Positions 23,407 to 30,873 of a DNA stretch of 64,000 nt are shown here, one piece after another. The notes under the pieces are model-generated. The model was not told the DNA's origin. It saw only the letters and a program-made list of their open reading frames with translations, and made no database searches. The number at the start of each line of letters is the position of its first letter. Position 1 is the first letter of the stretch. Source of the DNA: Chloroflexota bacterium (lineage in GTDB: Bacteria > Chloroflexota > Anaerolineae > DTLA01); assembly GCA_014874485.1 (NCBI GenBank), contig JADBJK010000059.1, positions 20,112 to 84,111 on the forward strand. Reading direction: 5' to 3'. Both the position numbers and the translations under genes were made by a program.

Positions 23407-24672
23407 CTAATCCTGGAAAGGGCAGCGTTTCTCCCGAATGTGTTGCAGGTACTCGTCGCGGAAATGGGCGATGCTGGAACGCACCGGCCCCAGGGCGGCG
23501 TCGCCCAGCGGGCAGAAACTCTTGCCTCCGATGTTGTTGCAGATGTCCAGCAGGAGCGGCAAATCTTCCTCGCGGCCCGCGCCGTGCTCAATGCGGTGCA
23601 GGATTTTATACAGCCAGTCGGTCCCCTCGCGGCAGGGGATGCACTTGCCGCAGGATTCGTGGCGGTAGAACTCGGCCAGGCGCTCCACCGTCCGCACGAT
23701 GCAGGTCCCCTCGCCGATGACGATGACCGCGCCCGATCCGAGCATGGTCCCGATGGCCGCCAGCGACTCGTAGTCCAGTGGCACGTCCAGGTGCTCGGGC
23801 GTGATCATCGGCGTGGACGACCCGCCGGGGATGATGGCCTTGATGGGCTTGCCCTCCAGCGGCCCGCCCGCGTAGTCGTAGATGAGCGTGCGCAGGGGCG
23901 TCGCCAGGGGCAGTTCGTACACGCCGGGCTTGTTCACATGCCCGCTGATGCAGAACAGTTTGATGCCCGGGCTCTTCTCGGTGCCCATGCTGGTGTACCA
24001 TTCGGCCCCGCGCTCCACGATGAACGGCACGTTGAACAGGGTCTCCACGTTGTTGATGACGGTGGGCTTGCGGTAGAGGCCCTCGCTGGCGGGGAAGGGT
24101 GGCTTCAGTTTCGGGTGCCCGCGGTCGCCCTCCAGCGACGTGAGAAGGCCGGTCTCCTCGCCGCAGATGTAGGCCCCTGCGCCTCGGTGCACGATGAGGT
24201 CCAGGTTGAACCCGCTGCCCAGGATGTTCTTGCCGAGAAAGCCGTGCTCGTAGGCTTCCTGCACGGCCTGCTCCAGCCGCCGAGCGCCGAACTCGTACTC
24301 GCCGCGGATGTAGATGAAGGCGGTGTTGACTTCGCAGGCATAGCACGAGATGATGATGCCCTCAATCAGGCCATGCGGGTCGTGCTCAATCAGGACGCGG
24401 TCCTTGAACGTGCCGGGTTCGCCCTCGTCGGCGTTGCACACCAGATAGCGCGGGTACACGCCTTTGGGCAGAAAACTCCACTTGACGCCCGCGGGGAAGC
24501 CTGCGCCGCCCCGACCGCGCAACCCCGACCGCTTGACCAAATCCACCAGGCCGGCGGGCTGGAACTCCTTCAGGGCCTTGCGCAGGGCCTGGTATCCCCC
24601 GCGCTGCATGTACACCTCTATCTTGTGAGAGTCCGGCACTCCCACGTTGCGCAATAGGACTGGTTCTGCCAT
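23407..24672 (-). CDS. nuoF: NADH-quinone oxidoreductase subunit F
   Basis: GRGGAGFPAGVKW, GAGAYICGEETGLLTSLEG and ESCGKCIPCREG motifs. Start MAEPVLL at 24672 is preceded by AGGAG. The ORF extends to 24708. Confidence 0.9.
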   Translation of the reverse strand: MAEPVLLRNVGVPDSHKIEVYMQRGGYQALRKALKEFQPAGLVDLVKRSGLRGRGGAGFPAGVKWSFLPKGVYPRYLVCNADEGEPGTFKDRVLIEHDPHGLIEGIIISCYACEVNTAFIYIRGEYEFGARRLEQAVQEAYEHGFLGKNILGSGFNLDLIVHRGAGAYICGEETGLLTSLEGDRGHPKLKPPFPASEGLYRKPTVINNVETLFNVPFIVERGAEWYTSMGTEKSPGIKLFCISGHVNKPGVYELPLATPLRTLIYDYAGGPLEGKPIKAIIPGGSSTPMITPEHLDVPLDYESLAAIGTMLGSGAVIVIGEGTCIVRTVERLAEFYRHESCGKCIPCREGTDWLYKILHRIEHGAGREEDLPLLLDICNNIGGKSFCPLGDAALGPVRSSIAHFRDEYLQHIREKRCPFQD

Positions 24673-24708
24673 GTGCGTCTCCTGGCTCATGTGCGATTCG
24701 GGTACCAC

Positions 24709-25179
24709 CTACCGCCTGCGCAGTTCCGCGAGAATCTGGTCTATCTTCTCCGCGGTCAGGTTCTCGTAGTACGTGTCGTTGACCTGCATCACTGGCGCGG
24801 TGCCGCACGACCCGAGGCATTCCACCTCCAGCAGCGTGAACAGGCCGTCGGGCGTGGTCTCGCCCACGTTGATGCCCAGTTGCCGCTTGAGGTGCTCCAC
24901 GATGTGCTCGGCCCCCAGCAGCGAGCAGGCTACGTTGGTGCAGACCTGGACGAGGTACTTGCCCACAGGGCGGCGGTTGAACATGGTGTAGAAACTCGCC
25001 ACAGACCCGACCTGCGCGGGCGAAAGGCCCATGACCTCGGCCACCTCTTCCAGCACCTCGGGGCTCAGCCAGCCGTGCTCCTTCTGCGCCAGCGCGAGCA
25101 CGGGCAGCAGCGCCGAGTTGGGATGCGGGTAGCGCGCCTTCAGTTGTTGGATTTCCGACTTTGCCTTGTCCGACAGCAC
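24709..25179 (-). CDS. nuoE: NADH-quinone oxidoreductase subunit E
   Basis: 156 aa with the thioredoxin-like 2Fe-2S pattern VCTNVACSLLG...EVECLGSCGTAP. Confidence 0.9.
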   Translation of the reverse strand: MLSDKAKSEIQQLKARYPHPNSALLPVLALAQKEHGWLSPEVLEEVAEVMGLSPAQVGSVASFYTMFNRRPVGKYLVQVCTNVACSLLGAEHIVEHLKRQLGINVGETTPDGLFTLLEVECLGSCGTAPVMQVNDTYYENLTAEKIDQILAELRRR

Positions 25180-25191
25180 GTGAACCTCCCG

Positions 25192-26946
25192 CTAGCGATC
25201 CACCTCGCCCAGGGTGATGTCAATGGAGCCGATGATGGCCACCATGTCGGAGAACATGTGCCCCTTCGCCATCAGGCCGGCCGCCTGCAGGTTGGAGAAC
25301 GACGGCCCGCGAATCTTCAGCCGATAGGGCTTCGGCCCGCCGTCCGAGACGATGTAGTAGCCGATCTCGCCCTTGGGGGCCTCCACGGCCGCGTACACCT
25401 CGCCCGCGGGCGGGTGGAATCCTTCGGTAACCAGTTTGAAGTGGTGGATGAGCGCCTCCATGCTGGAGTCCAGTTCCTCGCGCGGCGGGAAGACGATCTT
25501 GCGGTCGTCGCACTGGACGGGGCCTTCGGGCAACTTGGCGATGGCCTGCTGGATGATGCGCACGCTCTGGCGCATCTCCTCCATGCGCACCAGGTACCGG
25601 TCGTAGCAGTCGCCGTTGGTGCCGGTCGGGATGTCAAAGTCAAACAGGTCGTAGGAGGAATACGGCGCGTACTTGCGCACGTCGTAGGCCACGCCGGTGG
25701 AGCGGAGCACCGGCCCGGTAACGCCCAGGCCGATGGCCTGCTCGGCGGTGATGGCCCCGATGCCCTTGACGCGCGACAGCCAGATGGGGTTCTCGTCCAA
25801 CATGCGCGCGATGTCGCGATGCCACCTGGGGAAGGTCTCCAGGAACCGCTTGACGGCGGGCACGAACCCGGGTGGCACGTCCCGCGCCACGCCGCCGATG
25901 CGGATGTAACTGGGCGTCAGGCGCGCGCCGGAGACCATCTCAAAGATGTTCATGATGTCCTCGCGGGTGGCGAAGGCGTACTGGAGCAGCGCGTGGATGG
26001 TGCCCGACAGGTCCAGGCAGTGGGTGCCCACCCAGACCAGATGCGCGGCCAGGCGCTGCAACTCGCACATGATGACCCGTAGGATTTGCGCGCGCGGCGG
26101 AATCTCCACGCCCAGCAGTTTCTCCACGGCCAGGACGTACCCCATGTTGTTCGTCATGGCCGCTACGTAGTCCATGCGGTCGGTGTAGGGGAGCACCTGG
26201 GCATAGGTCTTGTACTCGGCGGTCTTCTCAATCCCCGAATGGAGGTGGCCGATGTCGGGCCAGGCGTTGACAATCGTCTCGCCGTCCAGTTCCACCACCA
26301 CGCGCAGGACGCCGTGGGTACTGGGGTGCTGGGGGCCCATGTTGATGACCAGGGTGTGCGGCTGGGCCTCGGGCGGGCGCACCGGCGGCACCGAGACCGG
26401 GTCCAGCACCTGGGTTCCCAGGCCTTCCAACGCCGGGTCGTCCATCGTGGGCGTGAAGGCCACCGGCTCGCCGCCCAGCGGGTAGTCCTTCCGCAGCGGG
26501 TGCCCCACCCACTCGTCGGGCAGCATGATGCGGCGCAGGTTGGGGTGGCCTTTGAAGCGGATGCCCATGAGGTCGTAGGCTTCGCGCTCGTGCCAGTTGG
26601 CGCCCGGCCAGATGTCCACCACGCTGGGGACCGTGGGGTTCTCGCCCGCCAGCGGGACCTTGAGCCGCAAGGCGCGCCGATAGGGCAGCGAGTACAATTG
26701 GTACACGGCGGCGAAGCGCGGCTCACGCCCCAGGGCCGAATAGTCAACCCCGGTAACGAACGCCAGGTGGTTGAACTGGGCGTCGGGGTCATCGCGCAGG
26801 AAGCGGCAGACGGGTACCAGGTGATCCGCGCCGACCGTGAGGGTCGTCTCGCCCCTGAACTCCGATTCTCCCTGGATCGCGCCGGGGAATTGCGCCTTGA
26901 GCCTCTCCAAGAGCATGTTGTAGTCGGTCATAGCCATGCCTACCAT
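25192..26946 (-). CDS. nuoCD: Fused NADH-quinone oxidoreductase subunit C/D
   Basis: Single 584-aa ORF. The NuoC-like N-terminus (VCRFLRDDPDAQFNHLAFVTGVDY...WHEREAYDLMGIRFKGHP) is followed in frame by NuoD (MGPQHPSTHGVLRVVVELDGE...LGEVDR). The start may be one of three ATGs at 26946-26931. Confidence 0.85.
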   Translation of the reverse strand: MVGMAMTDYNMLLERLKAQFPGAIQGESEFRGETTLTVGADHLVPVCRFLRDDPDAQFNHLAFVTGVDYSALGREPRFAAVYQLYSLPYRRALRLKVPLAGENPTVPSVVDIWPGANWHEREAYDLMGIRFKGHPNLRRIMLPDEWVGHPLRKDYPLGGEPVAFTPTMDDPALEGLGTQVLDPVSVPPVRPPEAQPHTLVINMGPQHPSTHGVLRVVVELDGETIVNAWPDIGHLHSGIEKTAEYKTYAQVLPYTDRMDYVAAMTNNMGYVLAVEKLLGVEIPPRAQILRVIMCELQRLAAHLVWVGTHCLDLSGTIHALLQYAFATREDIMNIFEMVSGARLTPSYIRIGGVARDVPPGFVPAVKRFLETFPRWHRDIARMLDENPIWLSRVKGIGAITAEQAIGLGVTGPVLRSTGVAYDVRKYAPYSSYDLFDFDIPTGTNGDCYDRYLVRMEEMRQSVRIIQQAIAKLPEGPVQCDDRKIVFPPREELDSSMEALIHHFKLVTEGFHPPAGEVYAAVEAPKGEIGYYIVSDGGPKPYRLKIRGPSFSNLQAAGLMAKGHMFSDMVAIIGSIDITLGEVDR

Positions 26947-26965
26947 CCACGTTCAGGAAATGGGG

Positions 26966-27445
26966 CTACGCAAAGTCCTTGAACCTTTGGGTTGTGATCT
27001 TCTGCTGAAGTTGGGTCAGGGCGTAGAACAGGGCCTCGGGGCGCGGCGGGCACCCGGGAATGTACACGTCCACCGGGATGATCTTGTCCACGCCCTGGAG
27101 GATGGCGTAGTTGTGGAACATGCCGCCGGAGGAGGCGCAGGCCCCCATGGCGATGACCCACTTGGGCTCGGCCATCTGGTCGTAGAGGCGCTTGACCACC
27201 GGGGCCATCTTGTTGGACACGCGGCCGGCGACGATCATGAGGTCGGGCTGGCGCGGCGTAGCGCGGAAGACCTCGGCCCCGAATCGGGAGATGTCAAACC
27301 GCGACATGCCGGCGGTCATCATCTCAATGGCGCAGCACGCCAGGCCAAACAGCAGCGGCCACACCGAGTACTTGCGGCACCAGTTGACCGCGGACTCCAG
27401 CGTCGTGAGGACGACGCCATCAGGCAGTTTGGTCTCTAGTCCCAT
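26966..27445 (-). CDS. nuoB: NADH-quinone oxidoreductase subunit B
   Basis: [13 protein letters not shown] and GCPPRPEAL motifs. Start MGLETKL at 27445 overlaps the nuoA stop. The longer ORF to 27556 overlaps nuoA and is rejected. Confidence 0.9.
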   Translation of the reverse strand: MGLETKLPDGVVLTTLESAVNWCRKYSVWPLLFGLACCAIEMMTAGMSRFDISRFGAEVFRATPRQPDLMIVAGRVSNKMAPVVKRLYDQMAEPKWVIAMGACASSGGMFHNYAILQGVDKIIPVDVYIPGCPPRPEALFYALTQLQQKITTQRFKDFA

Positions 27446-27795
27446 TCCAACGCTCCCTTCCGCCAGACGTAGATGTAGCCCACGAAGGCCATGAGGAGGA
27501 AAAGGAGAACCCCCAGAAAGCCCGGCCATCCCAGGTCCCGAACCCGCGCGGCCCACAGGTACAGAAACACGACCACCATGTCCAGCAATGCGAACAGCAT
27601 GGCGAACAGGTAGTACTTCACCGAGAAGGGGCGTTCGCGCGGGCTCTGGAAGGGAATCTTGCCGGATTCATAGGGGAGGAGTTTGACGGGATTCTTGCGT
27701 TTGGGGCCTAGAACTGCAGGCACCACAAGGGCTAATACGGCGAGAATTCCTGCCACCGCAAGCAGGATCAGGATGGGGACGAAATCGTTTGGCAT
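27436..27795 (-). CDS. nuoA: NADH-quinone oxidoreductase subunit A
   Basis: 119 aa, three TM helices, YESGKIPF...[18 protein letters not shown] motif. First gene of the operon. Confidence 0.9.
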   Translation of the reverse strand: MPNDFVPILILLAVAGILAVLALVVPAVLGPKRKNPVKLLPYESGKIPFQSPRERPFSVKYYLFAMLFALLDMVVVFLYLWAARVRDLGWPGFLGVLLFLLMAFVGYIYVWRKGALEWD

Positions 27796-27884
27796 AACCT
27801 GAGGATTCCTCCATGCACAGAGTTTGGGATACCGCGCTGTATCGGGACTTCACAGTTCCCGCCAGATCCCCAGGAACGTTGCAC

Positions 27885-27913
27885 ATTCTATCACAAGCGC
27901 CCCGCGCTGTCAA
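27885..27913 (-). promoter_or_regulatory. nuo operon promoter
   Basis: On the minus strand: TTGACA (27913..27908), 17-bp spacer, TAGAAT (27890..27885) with an upstream TG-n (extended -10). About 90 nt upstream of the nuoA ATG. Confidence 0.6.
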
Positions 27914-27928
27914 ACCGACGCGCACATT

Positions 27929-28154
27929 GGGTGCATTTCAATTTTGGGGCGCAATGACCGAACATCGTTAGGTTGCCGAGCGGAATCTACCTCACCTATC
28001 CTCTCCCCGGCCCTCCCCTTTCCTCTCCGCGGGCGGAGAGGAAAGGGGAGGGTGTGGGAGGGGTTAGGTGAGGTCAAGCAGACCCATCGCCCTACGTCAG
28101 GCGGCGGAAGAGGCGGCCCATTGCAGCAGCCTTGCCCCCAAACTGAAATGCACC
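27929..28154. mobile_element. MITE-like element, copy b (226 bp)
   Basis: TIRs GGGTGCATTTCAATTTTGGGGC ... GCCCCCAAACTGAAATGCACCC. A perfect 8-bp TSD CGCACATT lies on both flanks. Same central hairpin as copy a, with an internal deletion. Its left end is 16 bp from the -35 box of the nuo promoter. Confidence 0.85.
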
Positions 28155-28210
28155 CCGCACATTCGGCTCCGTCGCCTGTTGGTAGACTGTGCGCGCGATC
28201 CGGTTCCGCC

Positions 28211-28329
28211 CTTGCGACCGAAGCCATCCCCACGTGCGAAGCATCTCGTTGGCGAGATTCTTCGCCCTTCGCGCTCAGAATGACAGCCTGTCGGGATTGC
28301 TTCGGGCGCTGCGCGCCTGCGCAATGACA
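28211..28329. repeat. Family H1 hairpin repeat cluster
   Basis: ...ccccacgtgcgaagcatctcgttggcgagattcttcgcccttcgcgctcagaatgacagcctgtcgggattgcttcgggcgctgcgcgcctgcgcaatgaca. Nearly the same module order occurs at 11400..11490. Confidence 0.85.
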
Positions 28330-28451
28330 GGCGTTGACCAACTTCGGAGCCGACAGCGCATTCGGCCTGGCTTGCCGCACCACCGCGCAGAGAAGGGGTA
28401 ACAGACAAGGAACGCCAGCAGCGTTCGTGTCCCACGGCGATTGTGCAATTT

Positions 28452-28480
28452 TTGACAATCTCCGGAATCGGGTGTATACT
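28452..28480 (+). promoter_or_regulatory. Consensus-like promoter with no protein gene downstream
   Basis: TTGACA (28452..28457), 17-bp spacer, TATACT (28475..28480). Flanked by the inverted repeat ATTGTGCAA / TTGCACAAT. Confidence 0.55.
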
Positions 28481-28486
28481 TGTGCC

Positions 28487-28598
28487 AAGTTGCACAATCA
28501 CCGCTGTTGGCTACCCAGATGCTCAGCCAGGGCTTCTGGTTGCCTCCTTTGCTGATCCCCCTCTCGGTAGGTGCCACCGAGAGGGGGCCCCCTTTTCT
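28487..28598 (+). ncRNA. Candidate small RNA (about 110 nt), unassigned family
   Basis: Bounded by the promoter at 28452..28480 and a strong + strand intrinsic terminator (28557..28598). Contains an exposed CCUCCUUU stretch. The only ORF here (28480..28674) runs antisense into the bactofilin gene and lacks an RBS. Confidence 0.4.
28557..28598 (+). terminator. Intrinsic terminator (+ strand polarity)
   Basis: 11-bp GC stem CCCCCTCTCGG / CCGAGAGGGGG with a 9-nt loop, followed by CCCCCTTTTCT. Confidence 0.65.
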
Positions 28599-28603
28599 GG
28601 AGC

Positions 28604-29041
28604 CTACGACTCTTCGGCGTCCACCACTTCGCCTTCCAGCGCAGGCGGCTCGGCCTTCGCTTCGGGCGCTTTGAGCAGCGGCGGCTCCTCCGCCCCGGCC
28701 ATCAGGCTCTGGCCCCGGAAGAACCCGCCTTCTTCCACCAGAAACGACGCGACGGCAATATCGCCCCAGACCTTGCCGGTGGACAGGATTTCCAGGCGGC
28801 CCGACGCGATGATCTTGCCCTTCACCGCGCCCGAGACTGAAACGTTGCTGGCCTTGATGTCGGCGAGGACGCGCCCCTGCTCGCCCACGATCACGTTGCC
28901 CGCCGCCTGGATGGAGCCCTCGCAGAGGCCGTCAATGCGCAGCCCGCCGTCGGTCTCCAGTTTCCCAGAAAAGCGTGCATTGGGGCCGATGACCGTCTCT
29001 ATGCGATCGGAGCCCCGTGGTTTGTCCTTTCCTAGAGCCAA
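28604..29041 (-). CDS. Bactofilin (polymer-forming cytoskeletal protein, DUF583)
   Basis: 145 aa with repetitive beta-helix pattern IGPNARFSGKLETDGGLRIDGLCEGSIQAAGNVIVGEQGRVLADIKASNVSVSGAVKGKIIASGRLEILSTGKVWGDI. Confidence 0.85.
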   Translation of the reverse strand: MALGKDKPRGSDRIETVIGPNARFSGKLETDGGLRIDGLCEGSIQAAGNVIVGEQGRVLADIKASNVSVSGAVKGKIIASGRLEILSTGKVWGDIAVASFLVEEGGFFRGQSLMAGAEEPPLLKAPEAKAEPPALEGEVVDAEES

Positions 29042-29149
29042 TGTCGCATCTCTCCTTGTCGTGCGTGTTGTTTTCGGGAACCTTCGGGGACGCTGCGCGT
29101 GCCGCTTGCAGCGCGTTGAGGGGGCACGGGCCGCCGCGACCCGAAGGGG

Positions 29150-30301
29150 TTAGTTGTGGGTATCCAGCCCGATGTACTTTGTCGGGTCCACCGGCTTGCC
29201 GTTGAGGCGGATTTCGTAGTGCACGTGCGGGCCTGTGCTGCGGCCTGTGGAGCCGGAACGGGCGATGACATCCCCGGCCTTGACCTCGGCGCCTTTCTTG
29301 ACCAGCAGGCGGGAGTTGTGCCCGTAAACGGTTACAAATCCTTCCTCGTGCTTGACCTCCACCGTCCAGCCCAGCCCGCCCCGCCAGCCGGCGAAGGTTA
29401 CGACCCCGTCCTTGGTCGCCTTGACGGGCGTGCCGTACCAGGCGTTCAGGTCAACGCCCTCGTGGAACTCGCGCACGCCTTCCAGGACGCGGTAGCCGAA
29501 GTCGGACGTGATCTGCACCTCGCCGTCCAGCGGCCAGCCATGAGGCGCTGCCGCCAGCAGGCGCAATTCGCGCTCCAACTGCTCCTTCGTCGTGCGCTTT
29601 TCGGGGTCAATGCGCTCCAGGCGCTTGTTGGCTTCGGCGATGAGGTCGTTGAGGTGGGTGATGCGCGGGGGCAGCGATGCCTCCAGCGCGGCAATCTGGG
29701 CGACATTGGCGTCCACAAGGCCCATGGCCGGGCGCGCGCCGCGGCTGCTCAGGGTGCGCACCGCAGGTGTAGGCGCGGGTGGTGCGGCAGCGGCTTGCCC
29801 GCCCACAGCGCCCTGGCTCTCCGTCGGCGCGGCGTCGGACGCGGGTTCGGGCGTGGGCGTCGGCGTGGGTGTGGCCAGCCCCATCATCTGCGCCACCTGC
29901 TCGGCCAGACGATCCACCTCACCCAGGCTCTCCTGAAACTCGGCGACCTGCGAGGCGAGGAGTTTGGCCTCCTCTTGCTGGGCCAGGATGGTGTCGCGCA
30001 TCTCCCGCTGGCGGGAACTTTCCAGTTCCACCATGCGGCGATAGTGGGCCAGTTCGCGCTCCAGGTTCGCGCGGGAGTCCACGAAATAGCCCAGGGCCAG
30101 GAAGAACGCGAGGCCAAGGATGAGGAACAGGGGAAGCGTCCACCGCGGGAAGCGCAAACTAACCGGCGCGCGCTCCGGCTGCGGCGGGACGATGAGCAAC
30201 GTGATCGGTTGTTTATCTCGCTTTCGCGCCAATTCTCTGGCCTCTCCCCACAAGGTCAAAGAAGCCCGCTGCGAGCGGGGTGGGACTAGCCTCTCAGACA
30301 C
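29150..30301 (-). CDS. M23-family (LytM-type) metallopeptidase with N-terminal TM and coiled coil
   Basis: C-terminal FHEGVDLNAWYGTPVKATKDGVVTFAG...VYGHNSRLLVKKGAEVKAGDVIARSGSTGRSTGPHVHYEIRLNGKPVDP (HxxxD and HxH motifs). Confidence 0.85.
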   Translation of the reverse strand: MSERLVPPRSQRASLTLWGEARELARKRDKQPITLLIVPPQPERAPVSLRFPRWTLPLFLILGLAFFLALGYFVDSRANLERELAHYRRMVELESSRQREMRDTILAQQEEAKLLASQVAEFQESLGEVDRLAEQVAQMMGLATPTPTPTPEPASDAAPTESQGAVGGQAAAAPPAPTPAVRTLSSRGARPAMGLVDANVAQIAALEASLPPRITHLNDLIAEANKRLERIDPEKRTTKEQLERELRLLAAAPHGWPLDGEVQITSDFGYRVLEGVREFHEGVDLNAWYGTPVKATKDGVVTFAGWRGGLGWTVEVKHEEGFVTVYGHNSRLLVKKGAEVKAGDVIARSGSTGRSTGPHVHYEIRLNGKPVDPTKYIGLDTHN

Positions 30302-30363
30302 AGGCGGAACCGCTTATATCATAGCACGACTCTCGCCCCGTGTCAACTGCTTTGCGGGCCAGT

Positions 30364-30392
30364 TTTGACGAATCCGCCGGTTCGGTATATAA
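30364..30392 (+). promoter_or_regulatory. Promoter of the tRNA-fMet/tRNA-Met unit
   Basis: TTGACG (30364..30369), 17-bp spacer, TATAAT (30387..30392), 13 nt before the tRNA 5' end. Confidence 0.7.
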
Positions 30393-30405
30393 TACCCTTG
30401 CAACG

Positions 30406-30479
<74 letters not shown>

Positions 30480-30517
30480 CTGGCACGGCAGGTTGCTTGC
30501 GCACCTGCCGTGTGTTG

Positions 30518-30593
30518 TGGCGGCGTAGCTCAGCAGGTAGAGCAGGGGACTCATAAGCCCTGTGTCGGGGGTTCAAAGCCCTCCGCCGCCACC
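30518..30593 (+). tRNA. tRNA with CAU anticodon (elongator Met; lysidine-type Ile2 cannot be excluded)
   Basis: GGCGGCGTAGCTCAGCAGGTAGAGCAGGGGACTCATAAGCCCTGTGTCGGGGGTTCAAAGCCCTCCGCCGCCACCA folds as a cloverleaf with CCA encoded. Confidence 0.85.
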
Positions 30594-30597
30594 AACG

Positions 30598-30633
30598 CGA
30601 GCGCACTCCCGTCTTCGGGAGCGCGCTTTTTCG
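30598..30633 (+). terminator. Intrinsic terminator after the tRNA pair
   Basis: GCGCACTCCCGTCTTCGGGAGCGCGC stem-loop followed by TTTTTCGTTT. Confidence 0.7.
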
Positions 30634-30670
30634 TTTCCCCGCACGCCCCGTCTCGCGCTTGACCGCAGAT

Positions 30671-30817
30671 GTCATTGCGAGCGAAGCGAAGCAATCCCAC
30701 GCTCCATTTGTCATGCTGAGCGAAGCGAAGCATCTCGGCTGGCGAGATTCTTCGCGGCTTCGCCGCTCAGAATGACAATGGCAAACTTGTAGCGGCGACT
30801 CGGCGAGTCGCCCCTAC
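30671..30817. repeat. Family H1 modules plus palindrome GTAGCGGCGACTCGGCGAGTCGCCCCTAC
   Basis: Contains gtcattgcgagcgaagcgaagcaatccc, gtcatgctgagcgaagcgaagcatctcgg, gagattcttcgcggcttcgccgctcagaatgaca, then the ggcgactcggcgagtcgcc palindrome, which also occurs at 45162..45188. Confidence 0.85.
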
Positions 30818-30873
30818 ATCAAGCACCGCACGCCCTCGCATAACATGCCCCCAAGAATCCGCATTGCGCGACG

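Noticed and set aside
28480-28674. 64-aa ORF starting in the candidate sRNA
   Set aside because: It has no RBS, runs through the terminator hairpin and continues antisense into the bactofilin coding region.
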